The notes: generated by a model not told the origin, from the sequence alone. A DNA stretch of 64,000 nt from Turneriella sp. (GCA_965279515.1 CBDIID010000003.1:2272001-2336000); one strand, 5' to 3'. Shown: positions 19,123-29,145, counted from the stretch's first letter. Numbers and translations: made by a program.

Positions 19123-20214
19123 TTACGAACCGGCCCAGTCTGCGCCCGAGCATACCGCGGGACTTTCGGTTTTACTGGCATTGTCGAAATGCGTTCTGTA
19201 CTTCACTCCCGGTCTGTCTTTATAGTACTTTGACCAGGCCAGACGATCGCGGCATTTGGTTGTGACGACCGCTTCGCCGTTTTCGCCGCGCGCCACTTCA
19301 TAGATTGCAAACTGGAAGCTGCCACCGCTGTGATAGACGATCACCGCCTTGTGCTTCTTATTCTCAGGCGCGGTCACAGCCTTCAGCAATTGTTCAAACT
19401 GCGCTTTCGAGGTATACCCCGGGTCGACGGCGTTGGAGACATGGATGACGCTGATATCAGACAGGGGCTGCACCTGCACATCGTGCAGAAACGACAGTTG
19501 CAATTGGATCGCGCCCAGCATGCGGAAGTATATGGGAAAACGCTGGAAAACGAGCCGGCAATCAGGCCGGGTCGGCCAGTAACAAAAGCTGTCGACGGTG
19601 ATACCCTCTTCACGCGGGCGGATCTGCTCTTCGTCGCCGAAATTCGCCGACCAGCGTAGTTCGAGGTCTTTGAACTTCAGGGGCTGTTCTTTCAGTAAAC
19701 GTGACAGCACCTGCATTTGCAGGTCAAGAATGCGCCAGTCGATGTCGATCGACACCCATTTATTGCAGCCCATCGTCGTGTGCATAAAATACAGTTGGGC
19801 AAAACCCACTGAATAACAGTCCTTTTGCCCGGGATAAAACTCGCGCACCATGGAGAATGCCTTCTTGACAGCGAGGTCATTCATCGTAAAAAAATTATAA
19901 CAGCCCGCAATGATCTCCGAAAGATAGGCGTTATATTTCTGTGTCCACAGCAAGGGTGAGAATTTTTTGAAAGCGTAGATATTGCCGGGAACCTTTTTAT
20001 GCAATACCTGGCAGACGGGTTCGCTGTCCTCCGTCATTTTTTTAAACAGCGCCTCGGTTTCGGCCTGATTGTATTTTGCCTTCAGCTCGGGAAAAATCTC
20101 GCGGAGCTTTTCAGAAACCACAAGGCTGAGTTCCGGTTTTTCTTTCTTTTTAGTGCAGGAGAAACAAAACCCGGTAACTATGAATAGAATCAGGGGTAGG
20201 CGCAGCGAAAACAC
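19123..20214 (-). CDS. Hypothetical lipoprotein
   Basis: 363-aa ORF with hydrophobic signal and CFSC lipobox-like motif followed by a Lys run. Confidence 0.75.
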   Translation of the reverse strand: MFSLRLPLILFIVTGFCFSCTKKKEKPELSLVVSEKLREIFPELKAKYNQAETEALFKKMTEDSEPVCQVLHKKVPGNIYAFKKFSPLLWTQKYNAYLSEIIAGCYNFFTMNDLAVKKAFSMVREFYPGQKDCYSVGFAQLYFMHTTMGCNKWVSIDIDWRILDLQMQVLSRLLKEQPLKFKDLELRWSANFGDEEQIRPREEGITVDSFCYWPTRPDCRLVFQRFPIYFRMLGAIQLQLSFLHDVQVQPLSDISVIHVSNAVDPGYTSKAQFEQLLKAVTAPENKKHKAVIVYHSGGSFQFAIYEVARGENGEAVVTTKCRDRLAWSKYYKDRPGVKYRTHFDNASKTESPAVCSGADWAGS

Positions 20215-20248
20215 TGCGCATCGAGGGCGGGGCGCGCACTCTGTAAAG

Positions 20249-21802
20249 TCAATTTGGTTCGAGCAAAACCGGCGTTAACGCGGGATATCCGGGGCCATGC
20301 GGAGCAAGTTCGATTTTTTTCGTTTCGTATCCCTTTGCAGACACAGTGATTTCAACCGGTTCGGTACTTTTGGTCAGACGGAAAAAACTGCCATCTGCAG
20401 GATTCGTCGTTCGGGTCTCGCCTTCGAAAAAATTCACATCCGAAAAGCGTAGCGTGGCTTTGACAGCTTCGCCGCGCGCGTTTTTGACCTGGAGCGCGAA
20501 TTTATGGTTTTCCGTATAATCAGCCATCACCCCTGTCCAGAGAGGCTGATAACCTTCGAGATAATACGGGACATAGCGGTACTCACAATTACGGTAAGAA
20601 CTCTCGACGATGTAGGCGAGCGTACCATACTTAAAATAGAGATAGTCCTGGTCGGTGCCGTCGACGGGATAAATATTCTTCACTGCCCGAAATCCCCGCT
20701 TCGGATTATGATGGCGTACCTTCGGCACAATATCGCGGGCGAACGCCCAGGCATAATCGGGTGTCGGGTTGCGGACATTCTCGATCGTGTACGGCACGAG
20801 AATTTTTCCCGAGACGGCATGGAAGCTTACCGCATAGAGAAAACGCTCGCGCTCGGCGAGCTCCATAATAGCCCGCGTCTCTTTTTCTGAACCCGGCGCG
20901 ACGCCGCGAAAATAGACATTGTTCGGATCTTCGCTCGAGGCCTTCTTATGCCCCGAGTTCCAGCGGAAAGGAAAGTTGCGGTTGAGGTCAACACCGCGCA
21001 GCGGCGCTCCCGTTGTCTGTCCAGGCCCCACCGCCGCATTCTTGCGGCCCATGAGGCTCGAAGCATGCCAGAAGAAAAAATTCCCATCAGGGTTGGCGAT
21101 CGGTATAATCCAGAGACTCAGGTGCTCCAGCGCGTCGCTGTAACTTCCCGGATTTTTGAGTATTTCATAGATGATATGGTAACAGTGCTCCGTCGCCGTG
21201 AGCTCATTGCCGTGCAGAGCCCCGGAGAAAAGCAGGGGGATTTTTTTCTGTGTGGATTTGAAATCCGTGATTTGCAGCGCGAGAATATTGCGCCCCAGCC
21301 CTGTCGTGCCGATGATATGCAGCTTCGCATGCCGCGGAAAGGCCTGCACGACGCCCGCCAGCAGCACCTCGTTCAGCATCGGATCTTTATACCCTGCCAT
21401 CAGGTCTTCGGGTGAAGTATAACCCTGTTGCAGGCGCATATTATAGGTCGGATCAAAATAAATGAACGGCGGGTATTTCCCGGCTTCGCGCAGCTGGAAA
21501 TCTGCCAGCGCGGCGTCTTTTGCCTCGCTCATGTTTATGAGATAAACCGAAGCCTCACCTTTTTCAGTAACGAAAACCGGATCTATACCGAAGCGCTCGC
21601 GGTATTTTTCGCGGAAGGAGCTGGCGACGGCAGTCTGCACAAAATAGGGTTTTCGTGTTTTCGACTCCTGGATTTCATCGCTGATCGCGGCCTCGTCGAT
21701 CAGCTGCGGCGCTTTGACGGTAGACCGGCAAATCGGCACGAGCAAAATAACGGCAACGGAAAACAGCAAACCACGAAGCATGCGGATGGTGATTTGAGAC
21801 AC
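20249..21802 (-). CDS. M14 zinc carboxypeptidase family protein
   Basis: HGNE zinc motif, IPIANPDG, GRKN, GVDLNRNF, SFHA. Confidence 0.88.
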   Translation of the reverse strand: MSQITIRMLRGLLFSVAVILLVPICRSTVKAPQLIDEAAISDEIQESKTRKPYFVQTAVASSFREKYRERFGIDPVFVTEKGEASVYLINMSEAKDAALADFQLREAGKYPPFIYFDPTYNMRLQQGYTSPEDLMAGYKDPMLNEVLLAGVVQAFPRHAKLHIIGTTGLGRNILALQITDFKSTQKKIPLLFSGALHGNELTATEHCYHIIYEILKNPGSYSDALEHLSLWIIPIANPDGNFFFWHASSLMGRKNAAVGPGQTTGAPLRGVDLNRNFPFRWNSGHKKASSEDPNNVYFRGVAPGSEKETRAIMELAERERFLYAVSFHAVSGKILVPYTIENVRNPTPDYAWAFARDIVPKVRHHNPKRGFRAVKNIYPVDGTDQDYLYFKYGTLAYIVESSYRNCEYRYVPYYLEGYQPLWTGVMADYTENHKFALQVKNARGEAVKATLRFSDVNFFEGETRTTNPADGSFFRLTKSTEPVEITVSAKGYETKKIELAPHGPGYPALTPVLLEPN

Positions 21803-21895
21803 GCCGCTGCGCTGTCATCTAAATGCCGGAAAAGTGAAATCGCGATCCCCTAAAAGGAGATTTACGCAGCGCGGAAAAATCTTGATCTGATCGGA

Positions 21896-22771
21896 ATGGT
21901 ATTCACCCTGCGCTTTTCAGGCACCATCTTGTTTTTTCTCGCTGTTAGTCTCATTACCTGTGGAAAAAAGGCTGAAGCATGCGGCATCGAAATCCCCGGA
22001 ATGAAGTGCATCCCCGCGGGTTTCTTCATTCGCGGTTCGAATAACCACGACGCCGACGAGAAACCCGAAGAAAAAATTCTGCTCGATGCGTTTTACATCG
22101 ACACCTACGAGACGACCAACCGCGAATTTAATGAATGCCTTGCCGCCGGTAAATGCCGCAATTGCCTGAAGGCCAATAAATGCACACAGGTGACACCGGG
22201 CTATGGCAAACCCTATATGGGCGAGAAACAACCGATCGTCGGCATCAGTTGGTATACGGCGAAAGAGTACTGCGAGTTCCGCGGTAAGCGCCTGCCGACC
22301 GAGGCCGAATGGGAAAAGGCCGCGCGTGGCCCCGACGGTAACCTTTATCCCTGGGGCAATGAACCCGCAACCTGCGCGCGCGCTGTCATTGAAGAAGGCA
22401 CGGGCGCAAATAAGGTGAAAGGTTGTTTTCCCAAACGCACCGCCGTCGAATGGCACATGCATACCGCCAACGTCGGCACAAAGGCCCCCGGCGCGTATGG
22501 CCTCTATGACATGGCGGGTAATTCGTGGGAATGGGTCGAAGACTGGTATGCACCTTCTTATGCGGCCTGTGGCGAAGCCTGCCGCGGTAAAAACCCGAAA
22601 GGCCCTTGTGCCGGCGCAGAGACTTGCCCGGGCTATACGAAACGCGTTTTGAAGAGCGGCTCGTGGTGGTGGCCCGGCGACTATGCCCGCGGTTCGAAAC
22701 GGCGCGCGCACGTACCGCAGAACTTTCCCGAATACCATCACTTTGGTTTCCGCTGCGCGAAATCCATTTGA
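21896..22771 (+). CDS. FGE-sulfatase (SUMF1/EgtB/PvdO) domain lipoprotein
   Basis: RLPTEAEWEKAARG, YGLYDMAGNSWEW, GFRCA; lipobox LITC. Confidence 0.9.
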   Translation: MVFTLRFSGTILFFLAVSLITCGKKAEACGIEIPGMKCIPAGFFIRGSNNHDADEKPEEKILLDAFYIDTYETTNREFNECLAAGKCRNCLKANKCTQVTPGYGKPYMGEKQPIVGISWYTAKEYCEFRGKRLPTEAEWEKAARGPDGNLYPWGNEPATCARAVIEEGTGANKVKGCFPKRTAVEWHMHTANVGTKAPGAYGLYDMAGNSWEWVEDWYAPSYAACGEACRGKNPKGPCAGAETCPGYTKRVLKSGSWWWPGDYARGSKRRAHVPQNFPEYHHFGFRCAKSI

Positions 22772-22801
22772 CGGCGGCATTGCATCGGGGCCGGATAACC
22801 C

Positions 22802-23101
22802 ATGAAATTCACCTTCGCCCTAATCGTGCTATTCTCCCTGGGCCTTTGCCAGTGCCGGCAGAAAAAACCGACCGCGGCGGCAAAAGGTAACTCAATTGCC
22901 TATGCGAAGGCGCGCTGCACCTGCGAGAAATTGAAGAAGAAAAACCCTCCCGGCGATCTCACACGCTGCACCGACGACATGGCAAAGGCCACGCGTTACC
23001 TCAAAATTAACCTTGAATTCAACAGTTTCAGCGAGGCCGATAAGGCCGAAATCGCCAAGGCCGGGGATGACGCTTTTGCGAAATGTATAGCAGAACCTTA
23101 G
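22802..23101 (+). CDS. Small Cys-containing putative lipoprotein
   Basis: Signal peptide ending LCQC; 99 aa filling the gap between neighbours. Confidence 0.65.
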   Translation: MKFTFALIVLFSLGLCQCRQKKPTAAAKGNSIAYAKARCTCEKLKKKNPPGDLTRCTDDMAKATRYLKINLEFNSFSEADKAEIAKAGDDAFAKCIAEP

Positions 23102-23129
23102 ACCCTGCCGATAATCTAAGGGTATCCCC

Positions 23130-24650
23130 ATGCCCGAAGGTCTGCGTCATATTCTCGATTTTATCTCCCGCCACCGGGTATTCTTTATCTCCGGCGGGGT
23201 TGTTTTTGCCCTCTTCGTGACGGCCCTCATCACACTGATTGTCGCCTTGAAGCGCGCGAGGCGGATGCACGCCCCTAACCCCGCCCCTTCCCCCAAGTCT
23301 GGGGGAAGGGAGCTAGCCCCCGAGGGGGAAGGGGGTGAGGCCCCACCCCGTGTAAAGCGCGCCAAACTTTCGATCGGCGATGCGCCGAGCCCCTGGACAC
23401 AGGGCATCTACGAGCAGCATTCACCGGAAAGTAAAATCGAAGCCCTGCTGCCCGCCTTTGCCTTCGACGAGGCGGGCAACATTCACCGGGTACAGATGCC
23501 CGACGCCGTGCAGGGCGCGGACTTTCTCAGCGCCGTGCGGCACTGCGACACCGCCGCCGGGCTTGCCGTGAACGGCGCCTATGCGACGCTGCTGCTGTGG
23601 CATAGCGGCGACCCTTCGTATGCGCAGATGGCACTCAAGGTCGCAAGCCATGCACAGATCGCGCCCGAGCAAAAAGAACTCATCCGTTTTTTATTCCAGG
23701 ACGTCATCGGCAAACCGCTCTCGCCGCGCTCCGTACCGGGATTAACCCGCTGGTCGAAACCGGCATTCCAGGCGGCAGTCACGCTCTACAATTCCGCAAA
23801 AATATCACCGCAAAAATCGCAGGATCTCGAAAAACTGCTGCCGGTCGAATTCCGCCGTTTCTATGAACTCGAGCTGGCGCAGAAATTACCCGCAAAGACC
23901 ATTTACCGCGAGGCGGCCACCAGCCCGGTTTTCAGCGAGGGCCTTTACCTCACGAACCTGAAAACACTGCGCCGCTACATGAGTCCCTCGCGCTGGTTAC
24001 GGATCCGCAATTCGGGCAATACCGCGCGTTTCAGCGAATGGATACGCAACCTGCCCTGCGAAACCGAAACCGATGCGCTGCTGCAGGTCGCGAACCCCGA
24101 TATATTTGAAAAAGAAGATTTGCCCGAAGATCTGGCCCTGAAAATCCAGGAGATTTTTGCAACGACGGATATCCGCAGCTGGCTTTTCGACAACGGAAAA
24201 AAACCGCCGCTGACCTGCCGTCTGCATTATTTCAAATTTTTCTGTTTGTTCGAACGTTACAACGAGGCTGTGCGTTGTTTCGCCTATCTCGGCATCTTCC
24301 GCCGCGACCGCGCGACACGCCTCTATTACGCGCGCGCGTTATTCGCCGTGCAGATGCAGCACGAGGCATGGACCGAGATGAGCGCGCTGATGACCGATTA
24401 CCCGCGCGACGCGGCGGTGTTGAACGAAGCGGCGATTTACGCGCACAAACTCGGGCGCCATGAAGAAGCCGCGGAAATTTTTGGACTCGCACGGGGCATG
24501 TACCCCGACGACGCGACGCTCGCTTACAACGAAGCAGTCTTCACCGAGCAGTTCAGCCAGGTGCAGATTCAGGAAAAATGGTCTGCGGTGCAAAAAATGA
24601 CCGAATGGTCAAAACCGCAGAAAATCGTTTCACCGCCGGTGGTGGAATAA
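23130..24650 (+). CDS. Membrane-anchored protein with C-terminal TPR-like repeats
   Basis: N-terminal TM helix; TPR-like LNEAAIYAHKLGRHEEAAEIF..YPDD. Confidence 0.75.
   Translation: MPEGLRHILDFISRHRVFFISGGVVFALFVTALITLIVALKRARRMHAPNPAPSPKSGGRELAPEGEGGEAPPRVKRAKLSIGDAPSPWTQGIYEQHSPESKIEALLPAFAFDEAGNIHRVQMPDAVQGADFLSAVRHCDTAAGLAVNGAYATLLLWHSGDPSYAQMALKVASHAQIAPEQKELIRFLFQDVIGKPLSPRSVPGLTRWSKPAFQAAVTLYNSAKISPQKSQDLEKLLPVEFRRFYELELAQKLPAKTIYREAATSPVFSEGLYLTNLKTLRRYMSPSRWLRIRNSGNTARFSEWIRNLPCETETDALLQVANPDIFEKEDLPEDLALKIQEIFATTDIRSWLFDNGKKPPLTCRLHYFKFFCLFERYNEAVRCFAYLGIFRRDRATRLYYARALFAVQMQHEAWTEMSALMTDYPRDAAVLNEAAIYAHKLGRHEEAAEIFGLARGMYPDDATLAYNEAVFTEQFSQVQIQEKWSAVQKMTEWSKPQKIVSPPVVE
23271..23345. 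repeat. C/G-rich palindromic REP-like element inside a CDS
   Basis: 11-bp stem CCCTTCCCCCA/TGGGGGAAGGG (23285-23310), second small hairpin, ends with GGGGGTGAGG like the 45.6-kb copy. Confidence 0.65.
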
Positions 24651-24666
24651 CCGCCGCGGTGCAGGC

Positions 24667-25011
24667 TTAAGCGGCGGCAGTCTGTGCCTGGAGAGCTTCC
24701 TCGACACTGTTATAGTTAGTAAAGAGCTCCAGCGCCCGAATGCCCCTTAAAACCTTGAGCACTTGCTCTGTAAGATTTACCAGAATCATGCTGCCGCTAT
24801 AGGTCTTGATAAACTGTTGCAGAGAGAATAGCATACCGATCGCCGAAGAATCGATTGATTCGACTTCCCCTAAATCAAAAACAACGGTGCGTGGTTGGGG
24901 TTGAAGGTGGTCCCGTATCAGGCCATTGAGGTCAGTGACGTTATACATATCGAGTTTCGTTTTTTGAATTTGCAGCACTACCGCATTATTTTCTTGAATC
25001 GCTTCGAGCAT
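24667..25011 (-). CDS. STAS-domain protein
   Basis: VVFDLGEVESIDSSAIGML; 114 aa. Confidence 0.85.
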   Translation of the reverse strand: MLEAIQENNAVVLQIQKTKLDMYNVTDLNGLIRDHLQPQPRTVVFDLGEVESIDSSAIGMLFSLQQFIKTYSGSMILVNLTEQVLKVLRGIRALELFTNYNSVEEALQAQTAAA

Positions 25012-25057
25012 GGCAAGTTAGACGCGGGCTCTTTGATTTTGCCAACAAAGGAAAAAT

Positions 25058-25075
25058 AGTGAACACTTGTTCAAT
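25058..25075. promoter_or_regulatory. Candidate TetR-family operator between divergent STAS and monooxygenase genes
   Basis: AGTGAACACTTGTTCAAT contains inverted repeat TGAACA-N2-TGTTCA, next to TTGACA at 25082. Confidence 0.45.
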
Positions 25076-25115
25076 TTTAAGTTGACAGACAGTTTCTGCT
25101 TTTGCGCCCTGCACC

Positions 25116-26603
25116 ATGAAAGAGAAACAGTTGGATGTACTCATCATCGGTTCCGGCTTCAGCGGCATCGGTACGGCGATCAACCTGCAAAAACAGGGCG
25201 TGACGAACTTCAGGATCGTCGACAAAGGTAAGGATTTCGGCGGTACCTGGCGCGATAATTTTTACCCCGGCGCGGCGTGCGACGTGCCATCACACCTCTA
25301 CTCATTCTCTTTTGAACAAAACCCCAACTGGTCGCGTATGTTTGCGACGTCGGATGAAATACAGGCCTACTTATTAGGCGTGGTCGAAAAATACCGCCTG
25401 CGCGAGAAAGCTGAATTCGGCACCACGGTAACCGGCATGAAATTCGATGAAACATCGGGTACCTGGACAGTGACAACCAAAGAAGGGAAGACGATTGTTG
25501 CACGGGTTGTCGTATCCGCGATGGGCGCCCTCTCGAATCCCGCGATTCCCAAAATTGAAGGCTCTGACTCATTTCAAGGCGAGATCTTACACACGGCGCG
25601 CTGGCGCCGCGATGTGAACCTCAAAGGCAAAAAGGTCGCCGTCGTCGGCGGTGGCGCCAGCGCGATTCAGCTGGTGCCTGCGATTGCACCCGATGTGAAA
25701 GAACTCACAGTATTCCAGCGCACGCCCTCGTGGATTATCCCCAAACCCGACTATGAGATCGGCGCGTTTGAAAAATCACTCTATCGCGCGCTGCCGTTTG
25801 TGCAAACGCTGCGCCGCAACACAATCTATGCCATCACCGAAATGTTCGGTGCCGGTATCGTTTTTAATACGCCAATGACCTCGGCTCTCGAACGCCTCGC
25901 GCGCTGGAATATTGAACGCACCATTCAAGATCCCGCGTTGCGCGCGAAGGTCACGCCGGATTACCGCTTCGGCTGCAAGCGCATGCTCATTTCGAATGAC
26001 TGGTATCCCGCGCTCGTGCGTGACAATGTCGAACTCGTGGCATCTCCCGTAACCAAGATCCATCCCACCGGGGTCGAATCGAATGGTCAGAAATTTGACG
26101 CGGATGTCTTGATCTATGCTACGGGTTTTGAAGTGCCGAAAGCCGGAGTGCCCTATCCCGTGGATGGTGCGCGCGGACACAATCTCAACAACGACTGGGC
26201 GCGCGGCGCCGAATCTTATCTCGGCATGAGCACCCACGGTTTTCCGAACCTGTTTTTCTGCATGGGGCCCAATACAGGTCCCGGGCATACCTCGGTACTT
26301 GTTTACACAGAACCGCAATACCGCTACATCGCCGCGGCCGTCTCGCGCATGCTCACCGAAGGCATACAGAGTATCGAGGTGAAAGCTGAAAAGCAGGCGG
26401 AGTTCACCCACTTCATCGACGAGCGCATGAAGATCACCAACTGGACGTCGGGTTGCAAGAGCTGGTACCTCACCGATTCAGGGCGCAATACGACCCTCTA
26501 TCCCGGGTTTGCCGGCGAATATGTTTTGAAGGCAAGCCAGTTTCACCCTAGGGATTTCGATATAATACACAAGACCGGCGCGAGAGAGAAGAAAGTCGCG
26601 TAA
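25116..26603 (+). CDS. Flavin-containing monooxygenase (Baeyer-Villiger type)
   Basis: Two GxGxxG/A motifs, GGTWRDNFYPGAACD, FQGEILHTARW (FxGxxxHxxxW). Confidence 0.92.
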   Translation: MKEKQLDVLIIGSGFSGIGTAINLQKQGVTNFRIVDKGKDFGGTWRDNFYPGAACDVPSHLYSFSFEQNPNWSRMFATSDEIQAYLLGVVEKYRLREKAEFGTTVTGMKFDETSGTWTVTTKEGKTIVARVVVSAMGALSNPAIPKIEGSDSFQGEILHTARWRRDVNLKGKKVAVVGGGASAIQLVPAIAPDVKELTVFQRTPSWIIPKPDYEIGAFEKSLYRALPFVQTLRRNTIYAITEMFGAGIVFNTPMTSALERLARWNIERTIQDPALRAKVTPDYRFGCKRMLISNDWYPALVRDNVELVASPVTKIHPTGVESNGQKFDADVLIYATGFEVPKAGVPYPVDGARGHNLNNDWARGAESYLGMSTHGFPNLFFCMGPNTGPGHTSVLVYTEPQYRYIAAAVSRMLTEGIQSIEVKAEKQAEFTHFIDERMKITNWTSGCKSWYLTDSGRNTTLYPGFAGEYVLKASQFHPRDFDIIHKTGAREKKVA

Positions 26604-26656
26604 CATGTCCCTGTCGGCTTGACACCGCTGGTTGCATCGCCGGTCTAAATCCGCCG

Positions 26657-27847
26657 ATGCAAAAACTCACTTATCTGGTGTTCAGCCTGGTTTTCCCTGC
26701 GTTGTGCGGCTGCCAATCGTGGGGAAAATTTTGGGAAATCGAAGAGCCCGATATTTGCTCGCGTAACCTGACTTACAGCCAGGTTGCTGAAGCGCAGTAC
26801 AGCGATCTCTTTCTCAAATACCTGCGCACGCAACGCGATAAGGGTTCTTCGGCCCAGGCCACCGCGCAATACACAATGACGGGGTTATCCACCTCTACCT
26901 ATAAATGGCTAGGTGGTGTACTGGCACCGAATGGCAAAATTTACGCCATGCCGTTTTACAGTTCTATCGGCCTGATCATCGATCCCGTAACCGGCACAAC
27001 AGACTCCACAACGATTCCCGCCGTTGCGGGCGCCGTTGAAAGAACGGCGGGTGGTGTACTCGCCCCGAACGATAAAATTTACGGTATTCCGACCAGTATA
27101 TCGCCCTCCGTAATTATCGACCCGTCGAACAACTCGCTCTCGTACATCACGAGTGCCGCAGTGGGGCAAAGTTGGCTGGGCGGTGCTGTTGGGCGTAATG
27201 GCAAGATTTATACGACGCCATTCTACGTTGGCACGACGCTGATCATCAATCCGGCGAATAATACCACCAGCACCGTATCTGTCGGCACCGTAAGTCCCCG
27301 CTGGGCTGGCAGCGTTCTTGCGCCTAATGGTAAAATTTATGGCATACCGCTGGGCGAGACGAGTGTGCTCATCACTGACCCTGAAACCGATACGGTAAAT
27401 ACAACGGCGATACCCGTCAGCGCCACCGCAGGCAAATGGGCCGGGGGAGTACTCGCCCCTAACGGCAAGATTTACGGCATTCCCTTAAATGCCACATCCG
27501 TTCTCATCGTCGACCCGGTCAGTAACACGGCCGATACGACATCGATCCCCGTTCCCGCAGGTACAGGAAAATGGTCGGGCGGCGTGCTCGCGCCGAATGG
27601 TAAAATTTACGGCATACCACAGAACCGGAATACCATACTCATTATTGATCCCGAAAAAAATACGGCCGAAGAGATTGCTGCGCCGGGGTGGATTGCCAAC
27701 GCGGATTGGTATGGCGGCGTTCTGGCAGCGAACGGAAAGATTTACGCGATTCCCTCGGCGAGCGACGGCGTGCTGGTCATCGACACCAAATCGAACGGCA
27801 GTTTTTGTTCCGCGGTATTGCAGTCTGCATACCTGAACAAGTTCTAA
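26657..27847 (+). CDS. Lipoprotein with seven GGVLAPNGKIY repeats (probable beta-propeller)
   Basis: Lipobox LCGC; seven ~43-45 aa repeats. Confidence 0.82.
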   Translation: MQKLTYLVFSLVFPALCGCQSWGKFWEIEEPDICSRNLTYSQVAEAQYSDLFLKYLRTQRDKGSSAQATAQYTMTGLSTSTYKWLGGVLAPNGKIYAMPFYSSIGLIIDPVTGTTDSTTIPAVAGAVERTAGGVLAPNDKIYGIPTSISPSVIIDPSNNSLSYITSAAVGQSWLGGAVGRNGKIYTTPFYVGTTLIINPANNTTSTVSVGTVSPRWAGSVLAPNGKIYGIPLGETSVLITDPETDTVNTTAIPVSATAGKWAGGVLAPNGKIYGIPLNATSVLIVDPVSNTADTTSIPVPAGTGKWSGGVLAPNGKIYGIPQNRNTILIIDPEKNTAEEIAAPGWIANADWYGGVLAANGKIYAIPSASDGVLVIDTKSNGSFCSAVLQSAYLNKF

Positions 27848-27892
27848 CGCGTCGATTTTTGTCGACGGATCGTTCAGGTTCTCCGAAATGAC

Positions 27893-27940
27893 TGTAGCGA
27901 TCGCTACACATTAGCCAGTAAATTAATTTACTGGCTAATG
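27893..27940. promoter_or_regulatory. Two abutting perfect palindromes, candidate operators
   Basis: TGTAGCGATCGCTACA (27893-27908) and CATTAGCCAGTAAATTAATTTACTGGCTAATG (27909-27940), just upstream of the thiolase RBS. Confidence 0.65.
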
Positions 27941-27963
27941 AAAGAGGTTATGCGGAGGAATAC

Positions 27964-29145
27964 ATGAGAGAAGTTTACATCATCGGTGCTCACGAAACCG
28001 AACATGGCAGTTTCAAGGATAAGAGTTTCAGGCATTTGATCGCCGACGCAGGCAATAACGCCATCCAGGATGCCGGCATGGACCGCAAAGAGATCCAGGC
28101 GCTCTACCTCGGCAATTATAACGGCAACGGCCTGAATGCGCAGAATACGATGGCTGCCCTCGCTGCCACTTCTCTCGCGATGCCGCATGCGGCGACGCTG
28201 CGTTTTGAAGCGGCCTGCGCCTCGGGCGGTGTCGCCTTTCGCAATGCCATGATCGCCGTCGGTGCGGGTGTTTATGACACCGTGATGGTGATGGGCGTAG
28301 AAAAGATGAACATCCCACCCGACGAATTGCCTTACGAAGACCAGATGAAGGCCGCGCTTTCGGGTGTGGACTATCTCTATGAGGCGGGCCCTGGCATGAA
28401 CGGCTCGACGATGTTTGCGATGTTCGCGCACCGCCACATGCACGAGTTCGGCACGACACGCAAACAGCTCGCACAGGTCGCAGAAAAAAATAAGTACCAC
28501 GGTAGCTTAAACCCCTACGCGTATAAGCAGCGCGAAATACCGCTCGAGAAAATTCTCAAATCACCCATGATTGCAACGCCCTTCAGCGCGCAGGAAGTCT
28601 CGCTGATCACCGACGGCGCGGCCGCTGTGATTATCACAACCAAAGAGCGCGCGAAGGCGCTCGGCAAAAAGAATGCTGTGAAGGTCATGGGTTCGGGCCA
28701 CGGCGGGGCATCCTTCTCTGTGGCGTTTCGGGCGAAACATACCGAATCGGAAGCGACCAAAAACGCGGCGGCCGAGGCCTACAAAATGGCGAACCTGAAA
28801 CCCAGCGACATTTCCGTCGCCGAGTGCCACGACTGTTTTAGCTTCACGGAAATCATGAATGTCGAAGATCTCGGCTTCACCGAAAAGGGCAAAGGCGGAT
28901 TTTTTGCGGCGGAAGGCCATTCGCGCCTGGGTGGCAAATTGCCCATTAACACATCAGGCGGCCTCACCGCCAAAGGACATCCCATCGGTGCAACCGGTGT
29001 CGGCCAGATCGTCGAGATGACCTGGCAATTGCAGGATAAATCAGACAAACGCCAGGTAAAAGATGCAAAGTTTGCGCTGACACACGTGCTCGGCGGCCCC
29101 GCATCGGTTTCAACCGTACATATTCTGGGAAGAGGTGATATATGA
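27964..29145 (+). CDS. SCP-x/archaeal-type thiolase family protein
   Basis: EAACASGG, AECHDCFS, INTSGGL, GHPIGATG, HVLGG; GGAGG RBS. Confidence 0.9.
   Translation: MREVYIIGAHETEHGSFKDKSFRHLIADAGNNAIQDAGMDRKEIQALYLGNYNGNGLNAQNTMAALAATSLAMPHAATLRFEAACASGGVAFRNAMIAVGAGVYDTVMVMGVEKMNIPPDELPYEDQMKAALSGVDYLYEAGPGMNGSTMFAMFAHRHMHEFGTTRKQLAQVAEKNKYHGSLNPYAYKQREIPLEKILKSPMIATPFSAQEVSLITDGAAAVIITTKERAKALGKKNAVKVMGSGHGGASFSVAFRAKHTESEATKNAAAEAYKMANLKPSDISVAECHDCFSFTEIMNVEDLGFTEKGKGGFFAAEGHSRLGGKLPINTSGGLTAKGHPIGATGVGQIVEMTWQLQDKSDKRQVKDAKFALTHVLGGPASVSTVHILGRGDI

Noticed and set aside
26900..27760. Regularly spaced ~130-bp DNA repeats as a possible CRISPR array
   Set aside because: Repeats vary at third codon positions and are in-frame protein repeats; no cas genes
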